DNA of 56,529 nucleotides. Source: Devosia sp. Lineage in GTDB: Bacteria > Pseudomonadota > Alphaproteobacteria > Rhizobiales > Devosiaceae. The position numbers and the translations under genes were made by a program. How positions within the stretch are numbered: the first letter of the stretch is position 1; each line of letters opens with the position of its first letter. Location of the stretch: contig DATMSG010000114.1 in the NCBI GenBank assembly GCA_035565515.1, forward strand, positions 1 through 56,529. Reading direction: 5' to 3'. Of this stretch, positions 33,750 through 42,502 are shown in pieces. The notes beneath the pieces were generated by a model that was not told the DNA's origin, searched no databases, and saw nothing but the letters and a program-made list of their open reading frames with translations.

Positions 33750-35048
33750 TTACTGTGCGGCGCCGCCGCAGGTCTTGGTTTCGGTGTTGTAGTTGCCGCA
33801 GTTGATCGGGGCGGTCCAATCGGCTTCCAGCATCTTGGATTCGGGCAGGTAATCGGACCAGGCGTCGCCGGCGACGAGGTCTTCGGTTTCCCAGACCACG
33901 AAGAACTGGCCATCGTCCTGGATTTCGCCGATCAGCACGGGCTTGGTGATGTGGTGGTTGGGGAGCATCTTGGCCACGCCGCCGGTCAGGTTCGGGGTTT
34001 CGAGGCCGACAATGCTGTCGATCACGGCATCGGCTTCGGTCGAGCCGGCTGCTTCCACGGCCTTCACCCAGAGGTTGAAGCCGATCATGTGGGCTTCCAT
34101 CGGGTCGTTGGTGACGCGGGTGTCCGAACCGATGAATTTCTGCCAGTCGGCGATGAAGGCTTCGTTTTCGGGCGTATCGACCGACATGAAGTAGTTCCAG
34201 GCGGCGAGGTGACCCACGAGCGGGGTAGTGTCGAAGCCGGAAAGTTCTTCTTCGCCGACCGAGAAGGCGACGACGGGGATGTCCTCGGCCTTGATGCCCT
34301 GGTTGCCCAGTTCACGATAGAACGGCACGTTGGCGTCGCCGTTGATCGTGGAAACCACGGCGGTCTTCTTACCGGCCGAACCGAAAGCCTTGATGTCGGA
34401 GACGATCGTCTGCCAATCGGAATGACCGAAAGGCGTGTAGTTGATCATGATGTCTTCTTTGGCGACGCCCTTGTCGAGCAGGTACTGCTCGAGAATTTTG
34501 TTGGTCGTCTGCGGATAGACATAGTCGGTGCCGGCGAGGACCCAGCGTTCCACGCCTTCTTCATCGGCGAGGTAATCGACGGCCGGGATGGCCTGCTGGT
34601 TCGGCGAAGCGCCGGTGTAGAAGACGTTGCGCTGGCTTTCTTCGCCTTCGTACTGGACGGGGTAGAAGAGCAGCGAGTTGAGTTCTTCGAAGACCGGCAG
34701 CACGGACTTGCGGCAGACCGAGGTCCAGCAGCCGAAAACCACGTCGACATCATCGACTTCGATCAACTGGCGGGCGAGTTCGGCGGCCAGCGGCCAATCG
34801 GAGGCAATATCGACCACGACGGGTTCGAGTTTCTTGCCCAGCACGCCGCCCTTGGCGTTTTGCTGTTCGATCAGGAACAACATGGTGTCCTTGAGCGTGG
34901 TTTCCGAAATCGCCATTGTGCCCGAAAGCGAATGGAGGATGCCGACCTTGATAGTGTCTTCCTGTGCAATGGCCGGAACCATTGGCAGGGAAATGCTGCC
35001 GGCGAGTGCCGCGGCGAGCAGGGCGCTTTTGGCGCGCGAGAAGTTCAT
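33750..35048 (-). CDS. urtA: Urea ABC transporter substrate-binding protein
   Basis: IKVGILHSLSGTMAISE, FGCWTS..RK, YPVQYEG, GTDYVYP, STINGDAN. Confidence 0.97.
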   Translation of the reverse strand: MNFSRAKSALLAAALAGSISLPMVPAIAQEDTIKVGILHSLSGTMAISETTLKDTMLFLIEQQNAKGGVLGKKLEPVVVDIASDWPLAAELARQLIEVDDVDVVFGCWTSVCRKSVLPVFEELNSLLFYPVQYEGEESQRNVFYTGASPNQQAIPAVDYLADEEGVERWVLAGTDYVYPQTTNKILEQYLLDKGVAKEDIMINYTPFGHSDWQTIVSDIKAFGSAGKKTAVVSTINGDANVPFYRELGNQGIKAEDIPVVAFSVGEEELSGFDTTPLVGHLAAWNYFMSVDTPENEAFIADWQKFIGSDTRVTNDPMEAHMIGFNLWVKAVEAAGSTEADAVIDSIVGLETPNLTGGVAKMLPNHHITKPVLIGEIQDDGQFFVVWETEDLVAGDAWSDYLPESKMLEADWTAPINCGNYNTETKTCGGAAQ

Positions 35049-35140
35049 GTGTTCGTCCCTCTAATTTGTTTGACCCCAGGAGACAGCCAAGGGAGGCGCC
35101 TCGATGAGGGCACCTGAGACGATTTCTTTGCCCCTCCCTA

Positions 35141-35156
35141 TACGTCGATTGACGTA
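35141..35156. promoter_or_regulatory. Palindromic operator in the urtA / sensor kinase divergent region
   Basis: TACGTC-GATT-GACGTA, a 7-2-7 inverted heptamer layout as used by NarL/LuxR-type regulators. Confidence 0.6.
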
Positions 35157-35289
35157 AGCGGCTAACGGACAGATTCCGCCTGTCGCCGGAAGCGCCTGAA
35201 AATCCGCGTGATTTTGCGAAAATTCGTGCTAAAGGAGGTGTGGCGAATTTTTGGGCAGCGCGGCGGATTGGTTAAGGCTTGGGCGGATA

Positions 35290-38200
35290 ATGGCGCGGCA
35301 ACGGATCATCCCCATCAGGCGCGAATATAATCGCTGGGTCGCCAATCAGACGTTGGAAGACTATGCGCTGCGCTTCACCGCCAAATCGGCGCGGCGGTTT
35401 TCCAATGATCGAATCTCGCAGACCGCGATCGGGGCCATCTCGTTTTTGGCGCTCGAGGCCATCGGCGGCAGCATTACGCTTTCGTATGGGACGACCAATG
35501 CGCTGATTGCGATAATCGTCGCCTCAATCGCCATCCTGCTCGTCGGTGTGCCGATCTCGCGCTATGCGACGCGCCATGGGGTGGATGTGGACCTGCTCAC
35601 CCGCGGGGCGAGCTTTGGCTATATCGGCTCGACCATAACCTCGCTGATCTATGCGAGTTTCACCTTCATCCTCTTCGCTATCGAAGCCTCGATCATGTCG
35701 AGCGCGCTGGAACTGGCTTTCGGCATTCCGCTCTGGATCGGGCACATCATTTCCGCGCTGATCGTCATTCCGCTGGTGACGCATGGCATCAGGATGATTT
35801 CGAGCTTTCAGATGCTGACCCAGCCGATCTGGATCGTGCTCAACATCCTGCCCTTCTTCTTCATCGCCTTTATGGATTGGGAAAAGTTCGACCTGTGGCG
35901 GGCCTTTGCCGGGCTGGGGCAATCGGAGGGGGCGGCAGGCACGATTTCCCCGTTCGATATCGCCAAGTTCGGCGCAGCGTCGGCCGTTATTCTGGCGCTG
36001 ATGACGCAGATCGGCGAGCAGGTGGATTTTCTGCGGTTTTTGCCGGCGGAGGGCGCGCCGAAATGGCGGCACAAGATCGGGATTTTTCTGGCTGGGGCAG
36101 GGTGGGTCGTTGTCGGCGCACCGAAACTGATCGCCGGGTCGTTCCTGGCTTTTCTCGCGCTGTCGTGGGGCGTTTCGCCCGAGCATGCGTCAGAGCCCGG
36201 TTACATGTATTCGGTGGCCTTCGGCTATATGATCCCCAATGAATTCATTGCCCTGATGCTGATGGCCGTCTTCGTGGTGGTCAGCCAGCTCAAGATCAAT
36301 GTGATGAACGCCTATGCAGGATCGCTGGCCTGGTCGAATTTTTTCTCGCGCCTGACCCATAGCCATCCCGGGCGGGTCGTCTGGCTCCTGTTCAATGTCG
36401 CCATTGCGCTGCTGCTGATGGAGTTGGGCATATATCGGCTGCTGGAGGAAACGCTGGGGATTTTCTCGATCATTGCCATGGCCTGGCTTTGTTCGATCTC
36501 GGTTGATCTCTTCGTCAACAAGCCGCTGGGCCTGTCGCCGCCGGGCATCGAGTTCAAGCGGGCGCATCTTTATGACATCAATCCGGTCGGTGTTGGCTCG
36601 ATGCTGCTATCGGTCGTTGTCGCGCTGACGGCACATTTTGGTGCCTTTGGCGAAATGGCGGCGGCCTTGGCGCCCTATATCGCGCTGATTGTGTGTTTCA
36701 TCGCCTCGCCCGCTATCGCCTGGGCGACCAAGGGCAAGTACTACCTCGCGCGCAAACCGCGAAAGGCGTGGGCGTCCAGGACCTCGCTCACCTGCTCCAT
36801 CTGCGAGCATCCCTTCGAGCCGGAAGACATGGCCTGGTGCCCGGCCTATGCGGCGCCGATCTGTTCGCTCTGCTGCTCGCTCGACGCGCGGTGCCACGAT
36901 ATGTGCAAGCCGCATGCGCATTTCCGGGCGCAGACCCATGCCGTGGCATCGAGCGTCATGCCGCAATGGGTAATCGAAAAGCTGCAGACCCGGCTTGGGC
37001 GCTATGGGATTTCGATGGCAATTGCCACGGCTATCCTGGCCGGCATTCTGGCGCTGATCTATTCATTTGCCAGCCAATCGGCGCCCGAGACCAGCGAGGT
37101 CGTGGGCGGGACGCTGCTGGTGGTCTTCTTCGTCTTTGCGGTGGCGGCGGGGATCATGACCTGGTTCCTGGTGCTGGCGCATGACAGCAGGCTGGTCGCC
37201 GAAGAAGAGAGCACGCGCCAAAACACCCTGCTGCTCAAGGAAATCGACGCACACGGCAAGACAGATGCCGAATTGCAGCGGGCCAAGGAAAAGGCCGAGG
37301 CCGCCAATCTGGCCAAGAGCCGCTATGTGGTCGGTCTCAGCCACGAATTGCGCACGCCGCTCAATGCGGTGATGGGCTATGCGCAAATCCTCGAACGCGA
37401 TCCGGACGTGCCTGAGAAGCGGCGCGGCTCGGTGCAGGTAATCCGCCGCAGCGCCGAGCATCTGTCCGGGCTGATCGATGGCCTGCTCGATATTTCCAAG
37501 ATCGAGGCGGGGCGGCTGCACGTCTATTCCAACGAGATCAATATCCAGGATTTTCTCGACCAGATCGTCGACATGTTCCGGCTACAGGCGGGCGCCAAGG
37601 GGCTGGAATTCCGCCACTCGCGCGCCAAGGCCCTGCCGGTTTATGTGCGGACGGACGAGAAGCGGCTGCGGCAAATCCTGGTCAATCTGCTCTCCAACGC
37701 GATCAAATTCACCGAAGCCGGCCATGTGAGTTTCGATGTCGGCTATCGCATGCAGGTAGCGACATTCACGATCACGGACACGGGCAGCGGTATTTCGCCT
37801 GGGGATCTCGATCATATTTATGAACCCTTCGTGCGCGGGGAGGCGGAGTATAACCGGTTCACACCCGGGCTGGGGCTCGGCCTGACGATCACAAAACTGC
37901 TCACCGAAACGCTGGGCGGGGAAATTACCGTCACGAGCGAGGTGGGCGTGGGTACGCGCTTCACGGCGCGGCTGATGCTGGCCAAGGTGGAGCGCCCGGT
38001 CGAGCGTCGCGCCGATCCGCGGCGGATTGTCGGCTATGCGGGGCCGAGCCGCACGGTCATGGTGGTGGACGACAATCAGGATCATCGCGAACTGATGCGC
38101 GAAATGCTGGCACCGCTCGGATTTGTCGTTCTCGCCGCTCCGGACGGTCCGTCCTGCCTCGATCTGGTGGCTGCGGCGCAGCCGGATATATTCTTTGTCG

Positions 38201-38661
38201 ATATTCGCATGCCCGGCATGAGCGGGTGGGATCTGGTCGCGGCCCTGCGCGACCGAGGCATTGCCGAGCCGATCGTGATGCTTTCGGCCAATGTGGGGGA
38301 CGGAGCGGGGCCGGCGAGCCGGGATGCCGGGCACAGCGATGCCCTGGCAAAACCTTTCGATCTCCTGCAATTGCTCGACAAGATTTCCGCGCATCTGGCG
38401 CTCGAATGGACCTATGCCGAAGCCGGGGCCGCCAGATCCTTGCCGCACAAAAAGCTGCGCTCGCCGGGCGTCGAGCACTTGCGCGAATTGGCCAATCTGG
38501 GGCAAATCGGCCATATCAGGGGGATCGAGGCGAAATTGACCGAGCTGGCCGGCCACCCGGACAATGAACCTTTGGTATCAGCGCTGCGCGGGCATATGGA
38601 AAGCTTCGATTTCGACTCCTATGCCGAACTCATCGAGCGGGTCAGCCATGAGCCGGATTGA
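35290..38661 (+). CDS. Hybrid sensor histidine kinase with N-terminal permease-like domain and Cys-rich linker
   Basis: About 490 aa multi-TM region, 8-Cys segment, 2 TM, SHELRTPLN H-box, NLLSNAIKF/DTGSG/GLGLGL ATPase boxes, C-terminal receiver (VDD..D..K). Confidence 0.93.
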   Translation: MARQRIIPIRREYNRWVANQTLEDYALRFTAKSARRFSNDRISQTAIGAISFLALEAIGGSITLSYGTTNALIAIIVASIAILLVGVPISRYATRHGVDVDLLTRGASFGYIGSTITSLIYASFTFILFAIEASIMSSALELAFGIPLWIGHIISALIVIPLVTHGIRMISSFQMLTQPIWIVLNILPFFFIAFMDWEKFDLWRAFAGLGQSEGAAGTISPFDIAKFGAASAVILALMTQIGEQVDFLRFLPAEGAPKWRHKIGIFLAGAGWVVVGAPKLIAGSFLAFLALSWGVSPEHASEPGYMYSVAFGYMIPNEFIALMLMAVFVVVSQLKINVMNAYAGSLAWSNFFSRLTHSHPGRVVWLLFNVAIALLLMELGIYRLLEETLGIFSIIAMAWLCSISVDLFVNKPLGLSPPGIEFKRAHLYDINPVGVGSMLLSVVVALTAHFGAFGEMAAALAPYIALIVCFIASPAIAWATKGKYYLARKPRKAWASRTSLTCSICEHPFEPEDMAWCPAYAAPICSLCCSLDARCHDMCKPHAHFRAQTHAVASSVMPQWVIEKLQTRLGRYGISMAIATAILAGILALIYSFASQSAPETSEVVGGTLLVVFFVFAVAAGIMTWFLVLAHDSRLVAEEESTRQNTLLLKEIDAHGKTDAELQRAKEKAEAANLAKSRYVVGLSHELRTPLNAVMGYAQILERDPDVPEKRRGSVQVIRRSAEHLSGLIDGLLDISKIEAGRLHVYSNEINIQDFLDQIVDMFRLQAGAKGLEFRHSRAKALPVYVRTDEKRLRQILVNLLSNAIKFTEAGHVSFDVGYRMQVATFTITDTGSGISPGDLDHIYEPFVRGEAEYNRFTPGLGLGLTITKLLTETLGGEITVTSEVGVGTRFTARLMLAKVERPVERRADPRRIVGYAGPSRTVMVVDDNQDHRELMREMLAPLGFVVLAAPDGPSCLDLVAAAQPDIFFVDIRMPGMSGWDLVAALRDRGIAEPIVMLSANVGDGAGPASRDAGHSDALAKPFDLLQLLDKISAHLALEWTYAEAGAARSLPHKKLRSPGVEHLRELANLGQIGHIRGIEAKLTELAGHPDNEPLVSALRGHMESFDFDSYAELIERVSHEPD

Positions 38662-39574
38662 AAGAGATCAGGACATCGTCCTGCTCGTCGATGACTCGCC
38701 GGAGTCGCTGGGTTTTCTCACCACCGCGCTTGAAGATGCCGGGGTGACCGTATTGGTCGCCCGAAGCGGCGAAGCCGCCCTTGGCATCGTGCAGCGCGTG
38801 GTGCCCGATGTGGTCCTGATGGATGCGGTGATGCCCGGCCTCGATGGATTTGAGACCTGCCGGCAGCTCAAGGCCATGGCGCCGCTGGTCCATGTGCCTG
38901 TCATCTTCATGACCGGGCTGACCGAAACCGAGCATATCGTCCATGCGCTCGAAAGCGGCGGGGTGGATTATCTGTCCAAGCCCATCAATGTCGATGAGCT
39001 GCGCGCCCGCATCCGGGTGCACCTCGCCAATGCGCGGCGCGCGCAGAGCGCCCGGATCGCGCTCGATGCGGCGGGACGGCATCTGGTGGCTTTCGGTGTC
39101 GATGCGGCCTTGCTGTGGGCAACGCCCCAGGCCAACAAGCTGTTGGAGCGTTTCGGCGTTGACGCCAATCGGCAGGCCGACATGTCCGGCGGTTTTTTGA
39201 ACTGGCGGCGGGACCATGGCGATGCTGCGCCCGGCAGCGGCTTTGATCTCGCCCTGGCCGGCGCACCGATGCTGCAATTTGCCTTTCTGGGTGTGGTCGG
39301 GGGCGACGAATATCTTTTCCGCCTCACCAGAGCGCAGCAGGAGGGGCAGGAGGACAGTCTCCGTCAGCACTTTGGGCTGACGCAGCGCGAGAGCGAGGTC
39401 CTGCTCTGGATCGCGCGCGGAAAATCCAATCGCGATATTGGGGACATTCTCGGCCTCAGTCCGCGCACCGTGAACAAGCATCTCGAACAGGTCTATGCCA
39501 AGCTGGGGGTCGAAAACCGGGCCTCGGCCGCCATCAAGGCTATTCAGGCGATGCAGGCCAGTTTCGAGCTTTAG
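38648..39574 (+). CDS. Response regulator, REC + LuxR-type HTH
   Basis: LVDD, MDAVMPGLDG, KP; C-terminal LTQRESEVL..IARGKSNRDIG..L.LSPRTVNKH. Confidence 0.94.
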   Translation: MSRIERDQDIVLLVDDSPESLGFLTTALEDAGVTVLVARSGEAALGIVQRVVPDVVLMDAVMPGLDGFETCRQLKAMAPLVHVPVIFMTGLTETEHIVHALESGGVDYLSKPINVDELRARIRVHLANARRAQSARIALDAAGRHLVAFGVDAALLWATPQANKLLERFGVDANRQADMSGGFLNWRRDHGDAAPGSGFDLALAGAPMLQFAFLGVVGGDEYLFRLTRAQQEGQEDSLRQHFGLTQRESEVLLWIARGKSNRDIGDILGLSPRTVNKHLEQVYAKLGVENRASAAIKAIQAMQASFEL

Positions 39575-39732
39575 TTCGGCGAAGCGCCTCAGGGCTTTCC
39601 CTTAGTCAGGGGCCCTAAACGCGCCTAGTGCGCATGAAACGCATATAATCGGCCCCGGCAATTGCCCGGCCCAGCTCCCTCGGGTTTCCTCGCGTGTGTC
39701 GAAACCGACATGTTTTCAAGGGAGTAACGTGT

Positions 39733-40059
39733 ATGAAAACCGTAATCGCACTTTCCGTCGTGGCTGCCCTGGCGATGACCTCGGGCGCTCATGCCGGCGG
39801 ATTCTTCGCCAAGCGCACCAACAATGTTCTGAGCAATATCACCGGCCTCGTTTCCACGGTGGCCGATGTCGTCGATGTGGGCAATATCAACGTTCTCAAC
39901 GGCAATACCGTCGCCGTCGGCAACAATAGCAGCATTCTTTCCGGCATTCTCAGCGGCAACAATACTGCCAACGGAACGTCCGTTCTCAATGGTGTGCTGA
40001 ACGGCAGCGGCATCCTGGGCATCGGCGGCCAGAACCAGACCAAGAAATACGGCTGGTAG
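39733..40059 (+). CDS. Small secreted Asn/Gly/Val-rich repeat protein (amyloid/chaplin-like)
   Basis: RBS AAGGGAG, signal peptide ending AHA, repeated VLNG/ILSG motifs. Confidence 0.8.
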   Translation: MKTVIALSVVAALAMTSGAHAGGFFAKRTNNVLSNITGLVSTVADVVDVGNINVLNGNTVAVGNNSSILSGILSGNNTANGTSVLNGVLNGSGILGIGGQNQTKKYGW

Positions 40060-40100
40060 CTCCTGCGGCGGGGAGTTGCCTCCAACCCGCCACGGACGCC

Positions 40101-40137
40101 AGGACCCGCGCCGGAGCCCCCCGGCGCGGGTTCTTTG
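40101..40137. terminator. Intrinsic terminator between convergent genes
   Basis: GGACCCGCGCCGG-loop-CCGGCGCGGGTTC followed by TTT. Confidence 0.7.
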
Positions 40138-40157
40138 CTGTCTTCAAAGCGGCAATT

Positions 40158-40796
40158 TCAGGAGGCGGGAGCCAATGCCCGCCAGAGGGTGAGCGAATGC
40201 CGTTCCCCGTCATCGGGCGTGAGCCGGACCTCCTCAAACCGGATTTCCCTGCCTTCGAGACCCGTCGCCTCGCGGAAGCTCGGCTCGACGAGGCACAGGC
40301 GGGTGCCGACGACGGTGTGGATGGTCTTGGTGATGGTGGCGCACCAGTCGCGCCCGTTCTCGATGAAAGGAATGGTGATCTTGATACTGACGACGCCCGC
40401 CGGCCGCGCCAGCACTTCGCAGAAGCGCGCATGAGCCGGTGCGAAGGCGGGGTTTTTCAGCGGATCGATCACCCAGCCGAAACGCTCGAGCGGACCGGGC
40501 GTGAGTTTGAGCGGTTTGCTGCGGGCAATGATCGTGTGGCTGGCATCCATCAGCAGCAGGTTCTGGTGCGACTCTTCGACAAAGTAGCGCAGGGCGATGA
40601 GCGGGTCGGCCTCGGGGCCCCAGATCAGGCGGCGGATGGCTTCGATATTGTGGGGGCGCGGCGCGTCCCTGCCGCTTTCCCAGCGGCTGACCTGGCTCTG
40701 GGTGACGCCGAGGCTTTTGGCGACGGCATCTTGCTGCAGGCGAGCTTGAATGCGCCAATTCCGCAGGGCGGTGCAAAGTTCACTCGGTTTTGGCAT
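40158..40796 (-). CDS. XRE-family HTH regulator with C-terminal PAS-like region
   Basis: 'LRNWR....LQQDAVAKSLGVTQSQVSRWESG...P' HTH_3 signature. Confidence 0.85.
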   Translation of the reverse strand: MPKPSELCTALRNWRIQARLQQDAVAKSLGVTQSQVSRWESGRDAPRPHNIEAIRRLIWGPEADPLIALRYFVEESHQNLLLMDASHTIIARSKPLKLTPGPLERFGWVIDPLKNPAFAPAHARFCEVLARPAGVVSIKITIPFIENGRDWCATITKTIHTVVGTRLCLVEPSFREATGLEGREIRFEEVRLTPDDGERHSLTLWRALAPAS

Positions 40797-40992
40797 GGCC
40801 AGCTCCTTTTGAGTGGAGCCAAAATCCCGGAGTGAGGATGAAGATCATAGTTAATAGAATACTTATAGCGCCGACTTCCCGCGTTAACGCTTAATCTAAA
40901 CGCTGTCGGGCGCGTAAATGTACTGATCACCTACGTGAAATATTGGTTACTGGACCATTGCATTCTTGTCCCGGGCTCTACCGGAGGTTGGA

Positions 40993-42153
40993 ATGCGGTG
41001 GTTTTGTTGCGTTGCAGTATGGGGGATCGGTGCTTCGGCGGCTCTCGGTGAGGACGCGTTTGCGCTGAGAAGCACCGTCGAGGCGGGTTGGACCAGCAAT
41101 GCGACGGAAACGGCCGAAGGGCCGGGCGATCTCTTTGTCGAACACAAGCATGAGCTCTCCCTGGCAGGCGCCATAGGCGCCTTGTCACTGCGGGGAACGG
41201 TGCTTTTCGAGCAGACCCGCTTTGCCACGGTCTCGGTAGAAGACGATATGGCGGCGGCAGCGGGGATAGAGGCGGCATTGGCGCTCGACAAAGGCATGGT
41301 GCTGCGCGCCGGCTATGCAGTGACGCGCGACTGGATCGGCGAGGGCCTGCCGCTGGACGGCGCGATGATCGGTCTTGCCGGCGGGAAGGTGACCCATGAA
41401 ACCATGCTGGAACTGGCGATTGTGGGGGAGGACCAGCAGGTCAGCGTGACGGCGAATGGAAGCTGGCGCTTTCCCGAGGATTCGGTCATCTCGGGCCTGC
41501 CCATTGCGCTCCCGCCCGTTCGACTCGACCCCGAGGTCGGCGTTGTCGGGGTAGGGGTGAACTGGGAGAAAGCGGTCAGTGGCACCATGGCCGTGCTCGG
41601 CCGGCTCAAGGGCGATTTTTCCAGTGTTCCCGAAGACGACCAGATTGACTACGCCCGGCTGCCGGGAACGGCGGGGACTGCCGCCGGCGGCATTCGAGCC
41701 AGAGAGGGCAATCTTTTTGTCGAGTTTCTGGCTGGAGCCACGATGATCTGGCCATTGATCGATCCGGGATTGCGCGAGGTTCTGCCCTATCTGGCGATGC
41801 AATCCGAACTCGCACTGAACGAGCGATGGGTTCTGGCGCTGCGAGCCGAAAAAAGGGTGGAACTGGACGATCCGCTCGATCCGGTCGCCAGCAGTGTGAG
41901 CGAGGTAGAGCTTTCGGCGCGCTATCGCCTGACCGACGCTCTTTCGCTGTCCGCCGCCATCAGCCGCAGCGAGGAGGCTGGGATTTTCGATCCCAGCCAG
42001 GCGCGCCGGGTTCAAAGCGCCAGTCTGCGCCTGGACTATGCCGTCACCGATCAGGCGCGTCTGTCGCTGGCGGTCATGCGCAAATGGGTGGAAGCGTCAG
42101 ATGGCGACTATGGTGCCGATCGCTATATGCTGGCCCTCAACACCCAATTCTAA
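40993..42153 (+). CDS. Outer-membrane beta-barrel protein
   Basis: GGAGG RBS, signal-like N-terminus, alternating amphipathic strands, C-terminal YMLALNTQF (BamA-type terminal Phe). Confidence 0.8.
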   Translation: MRWFCCVAVWGIGASAALGEDAFALRSTVEAGWTSNATETAEGPGDLFVEHKHELSLAGAIGALSLRGTVLFEQTRFATVSVEDDMAAAAGIEAALALDKGMVLRAGYAVTRDWIGEGLPLDGAMIGLAGGKVTHETMLELAIVGEDQQVSVTANGSWRFPEDSVISGLPIALPPVRLDPEVGVVGVGVNWEKAVSGTMAVLGRLKGDFSSVPEDDQIDYARLPGTAGTAAGGIRAREGNLFVEFLAGATMIWPLIDPGLREVLPYLAMQSELALNERWVLALRAEKRVELDDPLDPVASSVSEVELSARYRLTDALSLSAAISRSEEAGIFDPSQARRVQSASLRLDYAVTDQARLSLAVMRKWVEASDGDYGADRYMLALNTQF

Positions 42154-42181
42154 TGTCGCCGCCAATGTGAACGGCTTTCGG

Positions 42182-42207
42182 GGAACTCATGGCGAAATGG
42201 GGTCGTT
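42182..42207 (+). promoter_or_regulatory. Sigma-EcfG type promoter
   Basis: Exact GGAAC-N17-CGTT in intergenic DNA. Confidence 0.65.
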
Positions 42208-42212
42208 GTGCA

Positions 42213-42354
42213 GGCGAACCACAGTTCTGCTGTGGCAAGCCATGCGGCGGTCCCCGAGCGGGATTCGGCCCGATAAGTCGGCGGTGGCAGGAAGGCTGAC
42301 GCTCCTTTGCTGTAGCCCCGATGGGGCGCGGAACTTCGGTTCCGCGCCTTTTTT
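42213..42354 (+). ncRNA. Candidate general-stress-response small RNA (~140 nt)
   Basis: Bounded by the EcfG promoter and a strong terminator; several stem-loops; CTCCT anti-SD-like motif; no credible ORF. Confidence 0.55.
42325..42354 (+). terminator. Rho-independent terminator
   Basis: GGCGCGGAAC-TTCG-GTTCCGCGCC-TTTTTT. Confidence 0.9.
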
Positions 42355-42502
42355 GTTGTCGTGAAAAGGTTAATTTTCGTCAACATTTATGTATTGGTCT
42401 GGCGTTTACTACGTCGTTCACTTTTTCCGGAAGGCGTGAAACTAAAGTTTGCTTTGGATCGTCACTCCATCGCGACAATTCGTCGCATGATGGAGATGAG
42501 TT

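Noticed and set aside
31878-35117. 562-aa and 388-aa plus-strand ORFs opposite urtB and urtA
   Set aside because: Antisense shadows of conserved transporter genes.
35160-35289. Sigma54 promoter or strong NtrC boxes for urtA and the kinase
   Set aside because: Only half-matching NtrC-like sequence (TGGCG-AATTTTT-GGGCA) and no correctly spaced -24/-12 element was found.
40845-40900. CtrA binding site in the XRE/barrel spacer
   Set aside because: Only TTAA half-sites with wrong spacing; no TTAA-N7-TTAA.
42038-42386. Short ORFs overlapping the candidate sRNA
   Set aside because: They overlap the barrel gene or run through the terminator, lack an RBS and show no protein-like signal.
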